Below are positions 52,936 to 62,460 of a stretch of 64,000 nucleotides of DNA, in pieces. Positions within the stretch are counted from its first letter, which is position 1. Each line of letters starts with the position of its first letter. The stretch is taken from assembly GCA_965249485.1 (NCBI GenBank), contig OZ252239.1, positions 128,001-192,000 of the forward strand, in the 5' to 3' direction. Source of the stretch: a bacterium. GTDB taxonomy: Bacteria > SM23-31. The notes beneath the pieces are model-generated. The model worked only from the letters and a program-made list of their open reading frames with translations. It ran no database searches and was not told the origin of the DNA. Position numbers and translations under genes: made by a program.

Positions 52936-54171
52936 TTAGTGAATGATACGAATCCGTTGGTCCGTTGGATAAGGAAATTCAACTCCACGTTCTGTTACTA
53001 CCGCACCATCATGGAGACATATATATAAATGTTTCCCTCTGCCCCATTCAGGAACCGGCATATGAATCATATATTCAAGAGCAAAGGTATGATAGAGTGG
53101 AATCTTTAGATCCCGACCCCATCCTGACGGAGAAATTCTGGGAGCTTCCGCCTGTGAGAGTATTCTTCCTAGTGCATGGAAGTCGATATGCACCTGAGTT
53201 TTTTCAGGATCCGCGTTTGTGTCATATCGGTCTTCATCAATGTAAACATACCCGGCATCTTCTAATTTATCGATGAGAATCTCAAGCGTTTCTCCTCCCG
53301 TCGGGCCCGCCTTGATGTTTTTACGGAAAATCTCGCGGGTTATCAATGCATGTTCCCATATTTTTTTGACCTCAGGTGGCAACTCAGTCTCTCCTTCCCG
53401 AAGTACATAGCCGATTCCGCCATTGTGCTCACTAAAATCCAACATGCTTGCACCATGGAGTATACCTATCAGGTCACCCCGCTGGATCACGTAGTCGGTA
53501 TTGTTTTCTTCGTTGCCATCCGGATCCCTGACGAAAACATTCTCCGAAAGATCATTCAAAGCGGTTACACCGGGCACGATTTTGTTAAATTCTCCCTCAA
53601 TAATTTCTGCGCTTATCGTGCATAACCGGCCAAAAAGTGCTATTTCGGCCATTCCCCTTCCCGCTAAGAAGTCTGCTATCAAATAATCAGCCTGGACTAT
53701 CCTCCGTGCATATGTATCACCTAAAGATTTGACCAAATTGTCGTAGTCTGCAGGTGAAATTGTACTGAAGCCGGAACGGTCTTCATTATAATTCACCGCT
53801 ATTTGCCCAGGATCGCGTTCGGCAACAAATTGCGCTATGTCACTCTCTGAGCCAAAGACATCATAGAGTTCTCTATCGCCTCTGCCACCGAGGACAGCCC
53901 GTTCTATTCTGTCATCACCACGATCGGTAAAGATATACACTCCGGGATTAGTGCCCAATTCAAAATTAAGGGGATCGTCTCCTCTCATCATGTGAATCCA
54001 CATATCGATCTCGTTGTCCCGCATGACCTGAGGTAAGATCACGTCAAATTTCTCACTGCGAATCAGATTCATCAGCTCCTGTGAGGCAACCGGTTCTTGC
54101 AGCTGGGCGTGGATTTCATTGGTAAGAAAAAACATGCATAGTAATGTGAAAAAGATTCGTACTCTTCTCAT
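52936..54171 (-). CDS. Secreted M24-like protein
   Basis: Family motifs. Confidence 0.75.
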   Translation of the reverse strand: MRRVRIFFTLLCMFFLTNEIHAQLQEPVASQELMNLIRSEKFDVILPQVMRDNEIDMWIHMMRGDDPLNFELGTNPGVYIFTDRGDDRIERAVLGGRGDRELYDVFGSESDIAQFVAERDPGQIAVNYNEDRSGFSTISPADYDNLVKSLGDTYARRIVQADYLIADFLAGRGMAEIALFGRLCTISAEIIEGEFNKIVPGVTALNDLSENVFVRDPDGNEENNTDYVIQRGDLIGILHGASMLDFSEHNGGIGYVLREGETELPPEVKKIWEHALITREIFRKNIKAGPTGGETLEILIDKLEDAGYVYIDEDRYDTNADPEKTQVHIDFHALGRILSQAEAPRISPSGWGRDLKIPLYHTFALEYMIHMPVPEWGRGKHLYICLHDGAVVTERGVEFPYPTDQRIRIIH

Positions 54172-54263
54172 GGTGTGTCTCCATTATTCATTGGTATAAA
54201 AATCTTGATACATTATTAATTAGTGTTGTCCAACGTACCGGTAAACTTCTGCATGATTTGATA

Positions 54264-55670
54264 TTAATAAATTAATTGTATTGTGTTGGATTGGTCCGGG
54301 TATGGAATTTCCATTCCACGTCCTGTAACCACTGCACCGTCATGAAAAAATCCATATAATTGCTGCCCGGTAAAATTGTTCCCCCTGTCCCATTCAGGGA
54401 CGGCCATATAGATCATGTATTCGACAGCAAAAGTATGAAAGAGTCGGATTTTCATATTCCAATGCCACTTCGGACCCATGGGAGATATCCTGGGAGCAAG
54501 TATTCCTTTTCCCTCAGCATGCATATCAATATGAACCTGGGTTATTTCAGGATCTTCTGCGTTTATGTCATATTCCTGGTAGTCATTGTAAACAAATCCG
54601 GCATCTTCTACTTTACGAATGAGGAGCTCCAGCGTTTCTCCCGCCGTAGGACCCACTTTGATGTTTCTACGGAAAATTTCACGGATTTTATCGTTATCTT
54701 CCCAGAATTTTTGTATATACTCCGGCAGGCCAGTCTCACCTTTCCGAAGCACATAGGCTCTTCTCCCCCTGCTATTAATAAGGTCGCCTCTCTGGATCAC
54801 GTAGTTTCCACTTCTTCTACTTCCGTCTTTATCAATAATAGATCCACCCCCGATTTCACTCAAAGCGGTTACACCGGGCACGATTTTTTCAAATTTACCC
54901 GCTCTACCTCGCAGATTACCGGATGTGCCATAAAGCACTACTTCGCTTATTACCCTTCTCGATAAGTAATCCAATATCATATATTCAGCTGAGACCATCC
55001 TCTGTGCATATTTGTCTCCTAAAGACTTGGTTAATTGGACGTAATCTGTATACGAAATGCCATCTGCAAGAGCCATCGTAAAGGTCTCTGAACCTTCTGG
55101 AAACGACAGACTTTCCATGTAATTGACGGCAATGCGTTGAGGATTTCGTTCGGCAACAAATTCTTCGAGATCTAAAAATCTAAAATCCAATTCTGACTCC
55201 GGGACATAATCCGGATTTGCTGCCATGTAATTCATAAACTCATAATTTTCTTGATTAATAAATTTAGATCGTCCTCGAACCATGTCGTAGGCCCCGGGGG
55301 CTTCAACTTCGCCTTCAAATACAACCCGTTCGATCCTGTCACCACCGCTGTCGGTAAAAATGAAAACGCCGGACCTGCTGCCGAATTCATATCGCAGAGG
55401 GTCAGTACCTCCCCAGGACCACGGTCGAATCACATGAATCCACATGTCAACATTTTGTTCCCGCATGACTTGAGGTAATATGAGGTCAAATCTCTCCCGG
55501 CGAATATGATTCAGCATGTCCTTCGTAGCATATGGATTATTTTCATCAAACGTTCCATAATTTGCGTCGCTGATGCCCCACATCATATCCCTAAACTGAT
55601 TCTGGGCATTTAAATCCTGGAAAAGAAAAAGCATAGAAAAAATTGTGAGAATAAACCGTACTTTATTCAT
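54264..55670 (-). CDS. Secreted M24-like protein
   Basis: Family motifs; close to 55684. Confidence 0.75.
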   Translation of the reverse strand: MNKVRFILTIFSMLFLFQDLNAQNQFRDMMWGISDANYGTFDENNPYATKDMLNHIRRERFDLILPQVMREQNVDMWIHVIRPWSWGGTDPLRYEFGSRSGVFIFTDSGGDRIERVVFEGEVEAPGAYDMVRGRSKFINQENYEFMNYMAANPDYVPESELDFRFLDLEEFVAERNPQRIAVNYMESLSFPEGSETFTMALADGISYTDYVQLTKSLGDKYAQRMVSAEYMILDYLSRRVISEVVLYGTSGNLRGRAGKFEKIVPGVTALSEIGGGSIIDKDGSRRSGNYVIQRGDLINSRGRRAYVLRKGETGLPEYIQKFWEDNDKIREIFRRNIKVGPTAGETLELLIRKVEDAGFVYNDYQEYDINAEDPEITQVHIDMHAEGKGILAPRISPMGPKWHWNMKIRLFHTFAVEYMIYMAVPEWDRGNNFTGQQLYGFFHDGAVVTGRGMEIPYPDQSNTIQLIY

Positions 55671-55683
55671 AAATTTGTCTCCA

Positions 55684-57132
55684 TTATCTAATACTTTGAA
55701 TCCCTGTTACTGGTGGAGCTGCGAATTCTGCTCCACGTTCCGTGACAACTGCTCGCTCATGGAGGGAACAATAATATATGTGTTTCCCTTTACCCCATTC
55801 GGGAACAGGCATGTGAACCATATATTCGACACCCAGGGTAAAAAGGAGTGGGATCTTCATATCCCTATGCCACTTCGATCCCATAGGAGAAATCCTGGGG
55901 CCAAGCACCCCTCTCCCTACAGCATGCAAGTCGAGATGAACCTGAGTTTTTTCAGGATCTAAGGTTATGTCATATCTATCCCTGTCTATATAAACAAAAC
56001 CAGCTTCTTCTAATTTGCGGATGAGAAGTTCAAGCGTTTCTTCCGCAGTAGGGCCCACTTTGATGTTATCCATTAATATCCTGCGGACTCTCACTACTTC
56101 GTCCCAGCTTCTTTGCACCTCCGGAGGTGGTTCAGTTTCATCTTCCCGAAGTACATAGTATGGAATGGGCCCGTCCTGGAACATATCACCTTTCTGGAGA
56201 GGAAAGTCTCTCATAGCATCTTCATCATGCCCCGCATCTCTCGTACAAAACCAACCCCCACGTACATCATCTAAAGTGGTTACGCCCGGCACGATTTTAT
56301 CAAATGTTCTCACTCTCCGTGGAAGGCCCGATCCGCCAAAAAGTACTATTTCGCTGATCACCCTACTTGTCAGGTAATCTAATATCAGATACTCAGCCGA
56401 GACCATCCTTTTCGCATATTTTCCTCCTAAAGCTTTGGTCAATGAGAGGTGGTCTGCATAGGAAATGCCATCGGTAAGTGCCAACGTAAAGGTCTCTGAG
56501 CCCTCGGCAAGTGGCAGGTTTTCTGCGTAATAGACAGCGATTCGTTCGGGGTTGCGTTCGGCAACAAATTCTCCGAGACCCATAAATCTGTAACCCAATT
56601 CTGTTTCCGGGACATTATCTGGATTTTCGGCAACATAATCCATTATTTCATAATTCTCTTGATTAATAAATTTGGATTGACCACGAACTATGTCGAAGGC
56701 CCCGGGATCTTCAACCTCACCCTCAAAGACAACACGCTCGATCCTGTCATTGCCACGGTCGGTAAAAATGAAAACACCTGCATCGCTGCCAAATTCATAT
56801 CTGAGAGGATCGGTACTGTCGATGCTCCTGTAATTTCTGCCGGATCCTTCTAATCGACGGAGTTCATTACCGCTCCAGGTCCATGGTCGAATCACATGGA
56901 TCCACATATCGATCTTGTTCTCTCGCATGATTCGGGGCAAAATGAGGTCAAACTTCTCTCGACGAATATGATCAAGCAACTCTACCGTAGCATATGGATT
57001 ATCTTCATCAAACATTGGATAATATGCCTCGCTAATGTGCACCATTGCTTCTTTGTTCTGAGTCTGCGCATATAATACTGGAACGAGGACTATTATTGAA
57101 AACAATACAGGTAAAATGCATGTTTTACACAT
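55684..57132 (-). CDS. Secreted M24-like protein
   Basis: Family motifs. Confidence 0.75.
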   Translation of the reverse strand: MCKTCILPVLFSIIVLVPVLYAQTQNKEAMVHISEAYYPMFDEDNPYATVELLDHIRREKFDLILPRIMRENKIDMWIHVIRPWTWSGNELRRLEGSGRNYRSIDSTDPLRYEFGSDAGVFIFTDRGNDRIERVVFEGEVEDPGAFDIVRGQSKFINQENYEIMDYVAENPDNVPETELGYRFMGLGEFVAERNPERIAVYYAENLPLAEGSETFTLALTDGISYADHLSLTKALGGKYAKRMVSAEYLILDYLTSRVISEIVLFGGSGLPRRVRTFDKIVPGVTTLDDVRGGWFCTRDAGHDEDAMRDFPLQKGDMFQDGPIPYYVLREDETEPPPEVQRSWDEVVRVRRILMDNIKVGPTAEETLELLIRKLEEAGFVYIDRDRYDITLDPEKTQVHLDLHAVGRGVLGPRISPMGSKWHRDMKIPLLFTLGVEYMVHMPVPEWGKGKHIYYCSLHERAVVTERGAEFAAPPVTGIQSIR

Positions 57133-57297
57133 ACTATATCTCCATTATCAATGATCTGATAGTTTCCTCTATCTATCCTTCATTAAAAGAAGATAGATAG
57201 AGAAGGTGTTGAAATATGACGTTTTTTTAAGATGTGATGTATTTTGTCAGAATGTATGGGAAATCATGATATAAATGGTAAGGTATGCATCGTGCAA

Positions 57298-57339
57298 TTA
57301 CAAGTATTTTCTACCCTCGGGTTGTACGATTTGCGAACC
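57298..57339. repeat. Repeat A copy
   Basis: ttacaagtattttctaccctcgggttgtacgatttgcgaacc. Confidence 0.9.
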
Positions 57340-57436
57340 TTTGGGGTACGAATTGATTTGCAGAATCTAAAAGAAATTGTGTGGAGAGAACTGGTTAAAA
57401 GTTAAAAGATACATTGAGTCTATGCAAGTTTTTTTT

Positions 57437-57693
57437 ACATCCTTCCGTAAGTCGCCTTTCCAGATAACGCTCCGCCTGCATTTATATAGGCAGCGATTCA
57501 AACGTTAATTTCCTGTAAGGTGGTTTATTAATGAATGGATAGAAGTGTTGAAGAGTCGAAAATACCGGGCAAAACCGAATCACCCAAACTGTCCAAATTT
57601 TTCTACTTTTATTAATTGAGTTATAGCAGATAAAATAGAAGTGTATTGTGTTTGAAATATGAGGAATGAAAAAGGGAATGATTAGTGGACCCT
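57437..57693. repeat. Element B copy 4, ending in a TGGACCCT tRNA stub
   Basis: Colinear with 22879-23132. Confidence 0.9.
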
Positions 57694-57932
57694 ACTGTTC
57701 TAAAAACAGAACTTTCAAATGTATTTTTAGATTTTTGAATTAATTTAATACCTTCCGAAAAAATCACACAATTTCAGAATTTCTAAATCCTAAATTTGTT
57801 TCAATAAGAAGTCAAAAATAAATATATTAAAAAGACAATTAATAACTTTAAGCCTAAATCAGTCCAACTTGTTCTGACGACGTACAATTTTAATGATACA
57901 TTAAAGGTGAAACAGTAAATTGCAAAAACAAA

Positions 57933-58724
57933 CTAATCCATTAGACCAATTGATTCAATAAGTTTTTGAGGAATATCTCCGTTTTTCCACCCTACAATAG
58001 CAAAATAATATAATGGTTCTCCTTCAACTGAGAACCTGTGACGGTACCGTTCCAAAATGAATATATCGAGATACTCTGAGAAAATAAGTTCACGTATAGT
58101 CTTGGAAAACCCTGATTCATCACTTTTTTGAAGGAATGTTTCCTTGATATTAAATCCAATCCATCCGTTATTTTTTATAAGATTAAATGCTACAACAAAT
58201 GCTTTTGTTGGTATATCACCAAATCCTAAAGCAGCAACACATGTCAGGCAATCAAAAGACCAGGAAGTCATTTCATCGCGTTGTTCTTTATTCAAATTAC
58301 AAAAGTCATACACATAATAGGCATCATAGACAAAAGGCCTGTCACGTATTGTTGCGTCATAGGCTTCTGGAATAATATCAACTCCGACTAATCTCGACAC
58401 ACCTTCCTTTTCTAATAATTCCCCCATCATACCATTCCCCGAACCTAAATCAAGAACACGGAGTTCTGAAAAATTACTATTCTGAGACTGAGCTATTGAA
58501 GATTTTAGTATTGATGTAACCTTGCTCGGAGACTGGCATTTAAGGCGTTCATAAAATAATTGTTCATACAGGCCGGGGATTTTGTATATTTCGCCGTAAT
58601 CGTGAAAGCGTATTTTTCTTTTCCCTTCTGGTTCAAGTAAATAAAAAAATGTCTCATCCTGTGCCAGACTGTCACTACCTGTTCGTGGAAACTGGATTCG
58701 ATGTATCCGTTTCATATATCTCAT
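57933..58724 (-). CDS. Class I SAM-dependent methyltransferase
   Basis: VLDLGSGNG, GVDI. Confidence 0.85.
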   Translation of the reverse strand: MRYMKRIHRIQFPRTGSDSLAQDETFFYLLEPEGKRKIRFHDYGEIYKIPGLYEQLFYERLKCQSPSKVTSILKSSIAQSQNSNFSELRVLDLGSGNGMMGELLEKEGVSRLVGVDIIPEAYDATIRDRPFVYDAYYVYDFCNLNKEQRDEMTSWSFDCLTCVAALGFGDIPTKAFVVAFNLIKNNGWIGFNIKETFLQKSDESGFSKTIRELIFSEYLDIFILERYRHRFSVEGEPLYYFAIVGWKNGDIPQKLIESIGLMD

Positions 58725-58826
58725 TCCTTGTTATATAATTAAGCTATTGTTTATTAAAGCATATAAGTATGTATAAATGTTAAAATATGTGACATAAATT
58801 TCAAAATTATTTATTCAAGAATTGTC

Positions 58827-60410
58827 TCATTTCATCGAAAGATTTCTTTCCTTTAAAAAGATTTCAGCGACTTTCTCGGGAGAAACCTTCTCTACGTCTA
58901 CTTTATAATTAAGCTCACGCATTACATTATCGCTAATCAGCCCTACTAACTTTTTTAGCGTATCTTCTACTTCAGGAAACTTGTGCAGCAATTCTTTTCT
59001 CACAACAGGCATGGCCTCATAAGGTGGAAAAAATTGAAGGTCATCGTCAAGTGTCCTCAAGTCATATGCAGCAATTCTGCCATCAGTAGAGAAAGCGCAA
59101 ATAACGTCAATCTCTCCATTTGCAACCGCTGTATACATGAGTTCCGGTGACATATCACGAACTTGTCGAAAATGTAGATTATAAGCAGCAGCCAACCCTT
59201 TCAGCCCATCTTCACGCTCTATGAACTCTGAAGTAAACCCGGCCTCGAGAGATGAAGCAACTTGGGCTAAATCACTAACTGTTCTCCAGCCATATTTATG
59301 TGCTTTTTCTTCCGAAACAGTAAGCCTGTATGTATTATTAAAACCAAACGGCTCGAAAACAGTGCATTCATATTTTTTTTCATAGAGGTCTTTAACATAT
59401 TTAAATATATCTTTATTAGTCCAGCCAGGTTGAAGTTCAGATTTGAAAACAACTGAAAGCGATGTGCCGGAATATTCAGGATAAAGATCAATTTCACCAT
59501 TTTCCAATGCTTTCTGACAGATCACCGTACCACCGAGATTGAAAATGCGCTCAACATATAAATCAGTATGATTTTCGATAATTTGCGCCATAAGTTCCCC
59601 AAGTATAAACTGCTCTGTAAAGTTTTTTGAACCTATTCGAATGACTTTTTTGTCTTGATTATCTGTAATTCCACTGCCGAATTTTAGTGGAAAAACCAAC
59701 ACTCCAAAAAGCATAATAATAATCACAATGCTTGCGATTGCCCGCCATCTCAAATTTCTAATTTTTCGTCCTGGACGAATGAACAACCCGACTGTTTCCA
59801 TTACAAAGTCTAAAAACAAAGCCAGAACAGCAGCCGTTCCGGCGCCGAGTAGAACGAGTGGCATTTGGTCGAGCGCTAATCCGCGGTTAATGAAATCTCC
59901 CAAACCGCCCGCACCAATAAAAGTAGATAATGTGGCAATCCCAACACAAATGGTTGTGGCAGTACGAATACCACTCATAATAACAGGCGCAGCCAAAGGC
60001 AGGTCGACCATCCACAAACGTTGATGTTTGGAAAATCCAATCCCATCAGCTGCCTCCAATACATCCGAAGGCAGCTCACGCAAAGCAGTCAGTGTATTTT
60101 GGAATATAGGGAGCAGTGCGTATAGCGTTAAAGCAACGATTGCCGGCAATTTCCCAATCCCTAAAAATGGAAGCAAAAATGCAAGCATGGCCAAACTCGG
60201 GATGGTTTGCATGATTCCTGTTGTCCCAAGTGCAAAGGCCTGGAAAACACGATGGTTTCTCGCCAATATTGCCAGGGGTAAAGCGATACAAACAGCAGAT
60301 ACCACAGGAATTGCAGTAAGATACAATAAGTGGTCAAGTAATTTAAGTTGTAAATCCGGCAACCTACCAAACAATTCTATCAGTACATTTTGCATTCTAA
60401 AAAATCTCAA
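58827..60410 (-). CDS. Osmoprotectant (glycine betaine-type) ABC permease fused to substrate-binding domain
   Basis: QTIPSLA, EAA.G.G, GAGGLG, IGSKNFTEQ, YPEYSGT, FFPPY. Confidence 0.93.
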   Translation of the reverse strand: MRFFRMQNVLIELFGRLPDLQLKLLDHLLYLTAIPVVSAVCIALPLAILARNHRVFQAFALGTTGIMQTIPSLAMLAFLLPFLGIGKLPAIVALTLYALLPIFQNTLTALRELPSDVLEAADGIGFSKHQRLWMVDLPLAAPVIMSGIRTATTICVGIATLSTFIGAGGLGDFINRGLALDQMPLVLLGAGTAAVLALFLDFVMETVGLFIRPGRKIRNLRWRAIASIVIIIMLFGVLVFPLKFGSGITDNQDKKVIRIGSKNFTEQFILGELMAQIIENHTDLYVERIFNLGGTVICQKALENGEIDLYPEYSGTSLSVVFKSELQPGWTNKDIFKYVKDLYEKKYECTVFEPFGFNNTYRLTVSEEKAHKYGWRTVSDLAQVASSLEAGFTSEFIEREDGLKGLAAAYNLHFRQVRDMSPELMYTAVANGEIDVICAFSTDGRIAAYDLRTLDDDLQFFPPYEAMPVVRKELLHKFPEVEDTLKKLVGLISDNVMRELNYKVDVEKVSPEKVAEIFLKERNLSMK

Positions 60411-61168
60411 TTCATTTTTTTACTATATAGTGCAAGTTGCTGAGCAGGCTTTTCAAAAAGCTGTTTAACGAAAGGGGTTGCCGGAGCATTGATCAATTCT
60501 TCCGCTTTGCCGACCTGCTCAAGCCGCCCATTATGCATAACAGCAATACGATCTGCGAGCATGATTGCTTCAAACAAATCATGAGTGACAAATAGAATGG
60601 TTTTTCGCAGGTCATGTTTTAATAGTAGCAATTCTTTTTGAAGCTTCTCTCTATTCACGCCATCTAAAGCGCCGAAAGGTTCATCCATAAGCAAAAGATC
60701 TGGGTCGGCAGCAAGTGCTCTGGCAACGCCAACACGTTGTTGTTGCCCTCCGGACAACTCTTCCGGATAGCGTTCTGCAAAAGTGGCCTCAGGTAAGCCA
60801 ACCATTTCCAGTAATGCATGAATACGTTTTCGCCGATTATACGCTGATACTCCTTCAAGGCGTAAAATAGCACCGATATTATCAGCAACAGTCCAGTGAG
60901 GAAAGAGACCAATCCCCTGTATCACATAGCCGATTGAGCGCCGTAATTTTTCATGAGTGATATCTTTCACAGGACGTTGTTGGAACAGTATTTCACCTGA
61001 GTCTGGTTCGATAAGTCGATTAACCATTTTTAAAATTGTGGATTTCCCACATCCTGAAGACCCGAGTAGGACGACAGTTTCGCCTTCTGCAATTGTTAAA
61101 TTTACATTGTCTACAGCGGGTGACTTGACTCCTGGAAAAACCTTAACTATATCTCGTAATATGAGCAT
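60407..61168 (-). CDS. Osmoprotectant ABC transporter ATP-binding subunit
   Basis: GSSGCGKS, LSGGQQQR, MDEPFGALD. Confidence 0.93.
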   Translation of the reverse strand: MLILRDIVKVFPGVKSPAVDNVNLTIAEGETVVLLGSSGCGKSTILKMVNRLIEPDSGEILFQQRPVKDITHEKLRRSIGYVIQGIGLFPHWTVADNIGAILRLEGVSAYNRRKRIHALLEMVGLPEATFAERYPEELSGGQQQRVGVARALAADPDLLLMDEPFGALDGVNREKLQKELLLLKHDLRKTILFVTHDLFEAIMLADRIAVMHNGRLEQVGKAEELINAPATPFVKQLFEKPAQQLALYSKKMN

Positions 61169-61390
61169 GTAGATTCCAATATTTATTAAGACGACAAGAT
61201 TTTTTTTCAATATTGTTAATAACAATGCATAATTAAATATGCCTAACAAGTAATTCTTTAGTTTTCTTCATAACACCCATGATAACAATTATTTTTATTG
61301 AATCGCAAGGATAAATTAACTATTTTTGCAAAAAAGCCTTCTGTATAACATCCCTAATAAGGGTGATATAATGAACCTGGATATCATCCG

Positions 61391-61480
61391 ATGCTTGACA
61401 TACCCACACAATTGAAAAACGATTATGCTCGATTGTTGACACAACGCAGCATTCCGTCACATAGCCACTATCAACTGTTT
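61391..61480 (+). pseudogene. Possible N-terminal remnant of a long-form integron integrase
   Basis: MLDIPTQLKNDYARLLTQRSIP..H resembles such N-termini as I recall them; unverified. Confidence 0.3.
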
Positions 61481-61725
61481 TTGACGCAGGGGTTTTTCTG
61501 TGATACGGTGATAGAAGAAAACACGCTCTTTCAAAATCAAAAATCACCTTCATCGAAAGGAACAGCTCATGTGGAACACACACACGAAAGAACAACTTGT
61601 ATTAATTTATTTTTTGACTAAAAACAATTATTAACTATAACATTTATATTTATACTTAAAATATATTGAATTAATTATGTAAATATTTATATAAATTTTT
61701 CGGCCTTATATATTATATATAATCT

Positions 61726-61755
61726 AATCTTAACGTATACGTATACGTTAAGATT
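61726..61755. repeat. Perfect 30-bp palindrome
   Basis: aatcttaacgtatac|gtatacgttaagatt. Confidence 0.9.
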
Positions 61756-61875
61756 TTTTAAAATAAATCATTTTTATGAATTTAAATGCTAATTAATTAT
61801 CCCTATATATTTAAGAAAATCATAAAATATTAAGTGAGTTACTTTTGAAGAAATAGCTCAAGTATTTATTTCTTC

Positions 61876-62073
61876 TTATACATCCAAATTTCTATATAAA
61901 TTCCAATATCTATTATATGAGATTTCTGTAAAACATTTCTTCGCATATTCCCGCCCTCTTGTTTTGACAATCGCAATAAACTCTTCCAGATTTTCGGCTT
62001 TGTCTTTTCTGAATTTATTATATAAAAAATCCGAAATATCAATTTCATTTTTGACAGCACATTCATTTGACAT
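61876..62073 (-). CDS. Small hypothetical protein
   Basis: 65 aa ORF, no recognisable motif. Confidence 0.3.
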   Translation of the reverse strand: MSNECAVKNEIDISDFLYNKFRKDKAENLEEFIAIVKTRGREYAKKCFTEISYNRYWNLYRNLDV

Positions 62074-62152
62074 TCCAGTCTAACTCAATGAATGCATAAT
62101 GACTTCCTTTTGAATTCCAAATAATAACTATAATCATCTCGCTATTTGAAGC

Positions 62153-62188
62153 AAAAAAAGCAGAGCCTCTCATTAAAGAAGTTCTGCC
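62153..62188 (-). terminator. Terminator-like hairpin downstream of the tRNA fragment
   Basis: aaaaaaagcagagc..gttctgc; U-tract on the minus strand. Confidence 0.6.
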
Positions 62189-62203
62189 TATTGAACTATT
62201 GAG

Positions 62204-62396
62204 TGGGCCCTGCAGGATTCGAACCTGCGACCCACTGATTATGAGTCGTAAGGCTTTATAAAAATAATGCAATACATAACCTATTAAATAACAGATATTT
62301 AAGCGTATGGTTTCCACAATTTATTTAGTGCAATTAATGACACCAATTGACACAAATGACACGATTTCACACCATTATTGACACAATCTGACACAT
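62204..62396 (-). mobile_element. Element C copy 4: tRNA 3' half (62204-62247) plus five TGACAC repeats
   Basis: tgggccctgcaggattcgaacctgcgacccactgattatgagtc; TGACAC at 62338, 62348, 62357, 62379, 62389. Confidence 0.82.
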
Positions 62397-62460
62397 GTAT
62401 GTTGTCAATACAAATCGAATATTTTATTTTAAATAGTAAAGTATGTAATTAGGTTTTATA

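Noticed and set aside
12830..57132. Diversity-generating retroelement behind paralog variation
   Set aside because: No reverse transcriptase, and no TR/VR pair with adenine-specific differences seen
62063..62317. 84 aa ORF, and similarly the N-terminal extension of 45068-45577
   Set aside because: They translate through tRNA fragments (GSQVRILQGP, GRRFESCTA), a typical spurious-ORF signature
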